The position numbers and the translations under genes were made by a program. The notes beneath the pieces are model-generated. The model had not been told where the DNA came from, did not search any database, and saw only the letters and a program-made list of their open reading frames with translations. A DNA stretch of 63,135 bases, filler included, from Platydemus manokwari (Eukaryota), in assembly GCA_037951405.1 (NCBI GenBank). It is 6 parts of 6 records of this genome, joined end to end, with 100 filler letters (N's around TTAATTAATTAA, not from the genome) between each part and the next. Parts side by side here need not be neighbours in the genome. Positions count along the whole stretch, not along the records: positions 54,365 to 63,135 come from JBBMOY011352649.1; 5 more parts are not named here. One strand, written 5' to 3'. Position 1 is the first letter of the stretch, and each line of letters begins with the position of its first letter. Shown one piece after another: positions 56,014 through 63,135 of this stretch.

Positions 56014-59000
56014 TCATCTTCCACAATCAGGACACATTATATTATCTTCATTTGTCAAAAATCCTCTGCCAACCAGATTCGTAGCACATTTAGAACATGT
56101 AAAACATTCGGAATGCCAATGTCTGCCTTCGAATGAAATAAATTTGCAACCTCCAAATCCTAAAAATATTTGATATTTATCAATTTCATTACGCATTTAA
56201 GTAGAACATAATATTGTGTTATATTGTATAGAGAGGCAGAGAGAAGGAGAGAGGGAGGGAGTGGGAGAGATAGGGGAGAGAGAGACAGAGAAAGAGAGAG
56301 AGGGGGATGGAGAATAGGAGTGAATAACTAGAGAGATATTCATGTTTCTGAGAAAAGCGATCTTATAGTGGTCCAAAAGTGGAGATATAAAATAGAAATA
56401 TTTGTTTTTCATAAACAAGAGGTACAGATAATTTTGCCATTGATATTCCAAACTATATTTAGAATTATAATTTATTTAATTAATTATATTTTAAGTAAAT
56501 AAGAATTATTATTCAAACATAGTTATTTAATACAATCCAAATTAATTATTATTACACTCCATATTTCGTATCTACAATTGTTTAAAAAATTGATAAATAA
56601 ATTACACATAAGAAATCATAAAAAATTATATTAAACTGTAAATATTTTTATTAAATATAAAGAAATCATTGATTTTCCCTTTTTAATTTAAAGAATTAAA
56701 TTTTTACAAAATCCTAAGTCCTGACAAAGTATTATTAAATAACTTAGTGAAGACGAAATAAATGTCTTACCTATTGAATTGTATGAAAGAAACAGATTAA
56801 TTATTCGAAATGAATATCATTGAATTCCATTCTATGAATTTGTATCCAAATATCAACTAAACAAATTTCCTAATTGAACCCATAAAATATCGATTCAACA
56901 CACCAATAAGCGAAGGACCAAAATAGGAGAATACGTATAAACGTCGAGAAAATGTAAAAATGATATCGAAATAAAAAATGAACTTATATTTGAAATATAA
57001 TTTTAAAGCTTGTCTTTTAATAGGAGTTTTACCGGGTAAAAAACATAAAATACACCAGCATAACAAAAATTGATACCTTTTAAATAGAATATTAGATAAA
57101 TTTATGTATCTTTTATTTTTAGTTGGCAATTATAAATTACGTCTAAGATGGGAAATTTTACGTCCAATAAGAAGTTGAAAATTAGTTGAATGGAAAATGT
57201 CATTATTATTGAAATATCAAATGTTCATAATATATTTAATGGATTCCAAAATCAGATATAGACAATCATGGAATAAATTGAAGATATCGAATTTTAAAAT
57301 TTATCACAAAGCAACTACATTTAATATTAATAAATAGATTTAATACCGAATGACTTATCTTAGTAGCACAAGTTTGACTTGTTAATCAGATGATTTCAAT
57401 CACTATATTCTCTTGAATAAATAAATAATTAGAAAATTCAATAAATAAAGAAATTAAAACTCAAATTAATAAATCAATCATATAAATATATTTGCATTTA
57501 AAAAAATCTCAAAATCAAAGTAATGAGAAAAGCAGATAGACATTCAATTTCAATTATACAAAATAACCGCATTGAGATATAATTTCTCAATACCGTATAG
57601 GCTTGTTCCGGTTTATTATTTAAAATCATTGATTATTCAAAAGGTTTTTTGTGTCGCAACTATATTCTTATTTCTTGTCCGGTTTCATTTTATTTATTTT
57701 CACCCTTATAAATTATTCAACAAAGATCAATTTCACACAGCGTTACATCTTTGATATTAAATTATTAATTCATTATGTTCAAATCTTTTAACTGACAACA
57801 TTTTCGAATGCGCTCAACCTTTCTCAATTTAGACATTATTAATGAATCCATTTATAAAAAATTTAAATATCATTTGAATAGAAACATTTTAGTGTATACC
57901 TATTTCTGTTAAGAAATCTTATACCAATATGGCCAAGAACCTTAGAAATACAAGATCTAAATGTGTAATCAAGATTTAATTATAAGTTTCGTTCACTATA
58001 AATCATAATTATTAACAAAGTATCAATTACTCGATATATTTATAACAAATAGACATCTATTTTGAGTAAATGATCCCCAATCCTAAAATGAAATTGCAAA
58101 AGGACCGTTTCATTCCAATTTGGAAATCTAGATTACAAGTAGATCTAACTGGTGAAGAAAGAATACTTATAAAAAAACATAATTCATTTAAATTATCGAA
58201 AAGATCAATTTTAAATGATTATAAACAAACTTAAAATGATGGCTTAAGTGATCATAGACATTCAATCGAATGATTAGTCAGATAAATTCTATTTATTTTA
58301 CAGAAAAATCATAAACGAAAACTTGAATAATTGATAACAAGAAATAATGCATGTATTGAAAAAGCGTACGTTAAGAACGTAAAATGTTTTTGAAAACCAC
58401 CAAAAATATTTGCAGAAACCATGATCCAAGTAATTGAGAATAAATCAAATATATTGGTGTACCTGTGATTGGTTTCGTACATTTCGTACATTTCTTAGCA
58501 AAAAGTTCCCCATAACAGTCAGCACAGTACGGCTTGTCGTCTTTTGATGTAAATTTAATACCCGCCAGCTGCTTAGTGCAGTTGGTACACGTGAAACATT
58601 CTTTGTGCCACGGGGTACCTTTGTAAGTAACTCCTCCACGTCGGATAACCTAATTTGAAATATTTTTTTATATTGTTAATATGAAATGCTTACTATTATT
58701 AAATACACAATGGATATTTTTTAAGGTTATACTAAAATTTAAATAAACACAAAGATGGAAACAGATTCAATGTAAATAGAGTTTAAAAACTAAAAAATTT
58801 AATAAATGACAGATAACACCGGTGATCGAATTTATTTTCTGATGTTTCATTCCATTTTCTAACTCACTAGTACCATTACAAAATCTTCAAAACCTTAACG
58901 ATATATTACAAGATGATAAACATAATTATGACACAGATTTCATTAACAAATTGTGATATATTTTGACATTGTAAAATGAATTTCATTTCATTTTAAATGA

Positions 59001-61013
59001 AATTTATTTACAAACAAATTATACGATTTAAGATTAATACTAATCAACGTGCTGTTGTTAATAGCAATTTTTATAGTGTCAATTATTAATTAATTATGTT
59101 ATACATTTTGAGATATGAAATGAATGATATATTAATTGATGGATATATATGTCCTTATAAAATCATTGGTACTAAAAGTTCTTATTTGTCATATAGATGT
59201 CCAATAAGCATATGATAATGTTAATAATTTTATCAGTGCCCTGTATACAAAAACTGTCAGATAGATATTATTATGTATCATTAATAATCAGGGAAGACAG
59301 AAACATCATGAATCTTTTTTCCTTTACAATAAAAAATTGATGTGAATACTGCAAATGCACTTATATTGATTTTCGTTAAAAAGTACTTGTGGGAAATTGT
59401 CTGTAAAATTCTGTTTTCATTTGAATTGCTTGCACCTTGTATTAAAAAGTACTTTAATGTATCAATCACTGGAATTTTGAAGGAAGTGGATATTATGTGA
59501 GAATAAAACTAAAAAATCTATCGAATACAAAAAGATAATAAAAATGATTCAATTATTCATTCTAGACCTGTCCAGATACATTTTTTCAACTAGACCAACA
59601 ATCCTATAGAAATGATCATATCGATTGTATTTTATGTTTTATAGCAAATTTTATGTTTCATTTTTATTTTATCATCTCTAAATAATTGATTTTATAATTC
59701 ACATTATATATTATACTTACAAATAGTTATTTAAATTTTAAAAAATCTGATTATAAACAAAAGATCATGTTTGTAGCATTATTTTATTTACTGAGCTGAA
59801 TATTATGAAGTCAGTTTCAAATACAGAAAATGGAATATAACTTATTTTAAATTAATTTCAATTTTTTAATATCATTTAATTTCGATTAAGAAATAACAGC
59901 AATTATTAATAATAGTTATATTAACATGTTTGAAATACAAATTCATTTATTGAACTCATTAACTCACCAAGTAACATCATAGTTGAATAAAAAATTCTTA
60001 TTAATCCGTTGATCTGTTAATATTTGTGTTTTAATTTTACAATAAAGCGCATTTTTATAGCAATTCGACATGTTTTTAAAACTGTAATTCCTTAACTAAA
60101 TGAATTACTAATTGATATCAGTAAATAATATTTCAGAATAGTTGTGAGGATTTTATATTTCCACACAGACAAACACACACACACACATCTATATATAGCT
60201 TTGTTATGTGAATTTAGAAAATGTTGACAAACAAATTTAAATTTATATTAATAATAATACCAAATATTTCTTTTCCAAAAATTTATTAAATTAGTAGCAC
60301 AAAAATAATTGCGTGATAAGATATATCAAGTATTAACATAAATTCTAAATGATCATGACCATTTATAATGTTGAGATAAACTTATTCTATACTTCAATAG
60401 TCAAGATAAATCAATCTTAGAAAATAAATCAGCAGTGCATGTTCGTCAGATATTCTTGAATTATTACTGCTTAAAAGATAAATCAATTTATCAGATATAA
60501 TCTTGTCAAAACAGATAGATTTGAGAAATTTCTAGACGAAGACATTTCAAAATCATAATTATCATTCCATTTCATACATTCTAATAATTGATCGAAATTA
60601 TTAACTCTGTATTTGTTTTCATTTAACAAATATGCATTACAATATTAATAATCATTCATGACACTCACCTCCGTACATTTGCTGCATTTTTGGGCATATT
60701 TATTTTCATAGCATGGAACACAAATTATCTGCTGATCTCGTGGAATGAAACTTTTGGCACCGATAGGCTGTTTGCATTCCAAACACAAAAAGCATTCTTC
60801 ATGCCATTGTTTACCACGATATTCATATTTTCTCATTCCCGCTTTGAACACCTTTGTACAACCATCACATCTTGCAGCAAATTTATTATCATAACATTCC
60901 GAACAGAAGAGACTTTCGTCTTTGGTGGCAAAGGGTCGATCAACAAGAGAGGTATGACATTCAAAGCATTCGAAACATTTTTCATGCCAATGTCTGTCTT
61001 TAAATGATAAATC
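56014..61013 (-). CDS. Four-and-a-half LIM domain protein (FHL2/limpet-like), last three exons 61013-60669, 58649-58463, 56159-56014; 5' exons not located, probably beyond the window
   Basis: Successive LIM domains: 'DLSFKDRHWHEKCFEC', 'YRGKQWHEECFLC', 'YKGTPWHKECFTC', 'FISFEGRHWHSECFTC...MCPDCGR*'. Splice phases 0/0/1 are consistent. Confidence 0.93.
56230..56336. repeat. Polypurine GA-rich tract in the last FHL intron
   Basis: GAGA/GGGA low-complexity run. Confidence 0.85.
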
Positions 61014-63135
61014 CTAAATAAAAATACAATAATAAACAAATTAGAAAGATATAAATGTTAATTTCAATGACAATATTACTTATAACAACTGATATTTGGA
61101 AAAATCGAATCAAGGATTCATAAGTACATTTTAGAAACAATTTATTGTGTATAATTTCCACTATAGTAACATTCAGATATATTTATTACTAGATTATGCA
61201 GCTAGAAATCAGTAAAGAGATTCAATATAAATCCTGTGAAATCAAATTTATAACTGCAGATGTAGCATTAATCATAACAGAAAAGCAAATAATTATAATA
61301 AAGCTATAATTATTAGAAATAAAATGGTAATTAACATTGGATTGTAACAAATTTTCGTTTGTGAAATATTACTTATATCTAGATAGAGACATAAATCAAT
61401 GTAGAATTTAGTTCGGTTAACATCACCTCAAGAGAATTCGTTCATCTTTACAATATGTGACTAATAATATATTTCATTTAATATCTATAATCACCTTAGT
61501 ATTCCGTAGTTTGAAATTTATCAAGATAAAATAAAATTCACATTTAAATAATTATTTTATGTTTATGATTATTTATTATTAAATTTAAGTTTTATTAGAA
61601 GTGTTTCAGATATCTTTCAAATTTTATTTATCAGCATGTCACTGTTAACCATTAAAATTGCTTCATCAATCCCAATTTTGAAGTAAAATTAAATTATAAA
61701 ATTGCTTCATACATGAAAATTCATCATTTTGTGATTTAAAATTAAATAAATCACTTAAATGAAGTTTTAAATAAATTTGTATTTGTTTTTTTACTGGTCA
61801 CCGTTAATATTGCCATTTTTCTGTAACGAGTGTGTTGATATTAACCGTGTTGAACTATGAAATAAATCATAAATATGTGCTGCAAATCAATTTGTTATTA
61901 CACAGGTAATTTCGAAATAAAATAGAAAAAATCAATAATTATCAATTTTCATAACCACTTAATTTAATAGCCACATTCATTATTTATTTGACAATTTGTT
62001 TCGGAATTGTAATCGGTTTAATTTGGAAATTTAATTTATATTCATTGAAATGTATTTCAAATAGGGTAAAATTTGATGGGAAAAAACCAATTTAATTGAT
62101 GAATGGAAATTTTCGAGCATCATTTTCACGATTATAGAATTACAAAAGATTTTCAGTTTCACACACACACACACACAATTCTACAAATATAAACATGATT
62201 GATTGATGAATCAAAGTCGATTTGAATTAAGCCTTCATATTTCAGAAAGCCAAACAACGAAATTCCTCAAGAGTATTCCATTTGTAATTCATAACTGTAC
62301 ACCTATCTCATAATTCTTGAGAATGAATCAATCAAAACTTTTTCGATTTGATTATATTTATTATTCCATATTTACTATATCGATTCAGCCATATTTTATT
62401 AAAAAAAGAATTTTAAACATATAAAAAGCGCTAAATCAATAATAATTTTCTCCTATTTTTCTATGAGCTTAGTAATCCTAATTCAATTTATTAATTACAA
62501 ATAATAATAATAATAATAATGATTGACATGATGTTTCCGAATGGTGAATGCAATTGTATATTTATGACAGATGATTTGTCTAAATATTTATTCGGTATTG
62601 GAATTTCTATCCATTTGTTATCATTATACATGAGAAATTGTAATCTTTAACATATTTTTTATTTCTTCAACTATTTAATATTATTACAGTTTTATTATAT
62701 TACTAAATTATAGTTTTGAAATTACCATTTACATATTATCTTATTATTGTTACATTTATGATTAATATTCTTATATCAATCCCAAACACAATCAGAACTG
62801 CTCCTCACATCACAGGGATAAGTTAAAATGAAGTTAGAAACTAGACCTAGGTCCCAATCCACCAAGGAATGTAGTGTTAAATGATGGATCCGAGATCATA
62901 TCCTATGTTAATGAATAGATAGAATCTAGAAACCGTTCTTACATTGAACAATACAGTAAACAAGCCACCCCCATTATTAGTAAATTATCGTAACCTTATA
63001 ATAATTATTAATTGAAAATAAAAATTATTATTATAATTTTAATAATAATAATAATTAAAATCTTATAATAATAACAATAATTAACATAAGAGGATTTGTA
63101 GGTTGAATAAGTATTTGTTGAATTAATCAAGAATA

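Overview
Strongly AT-rich eukaryotic (animal) scaffold with short (about 47-54 nt) GT-AG introns, (AAT)n and (AG)n microsatellites, and N gaps mostly carrying an artificial TTAATTAATTAA spacer. A free-living flatworm (planarian-like) source is my inference, not proven. Recognisable genes: a DEG/ENaC channel 5' exon (-), the start of a Shaker/Kv1 channel cut by a gap (+), complete SDHC (4 exons), ATP synthase subunit c (one coding exon), METTL16 (6 exons) and the last three exons of an FHL2/limpet-type LIM protein (-). The most unusual item is an intronless 593-624 aa ORF (24220/24313-26094). It consists of two tandem diverged copies of a domain I do not recognise, each with a conserved GRGT and H-x-G-x-C-T-S-G-x-C motif. 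Other items worth checking: repeated splice-site-sequestering hairpins in the one long METTL16 intron, a family of roughly 500-570 bp solo-LTR-like repeats, an LTR-like promoter with a small Q/K/P-rich ORF, a cecropia-type mariner end, and a 70 bp TTAA-flanked mini-MITE. All calls were made by eye without database searches.
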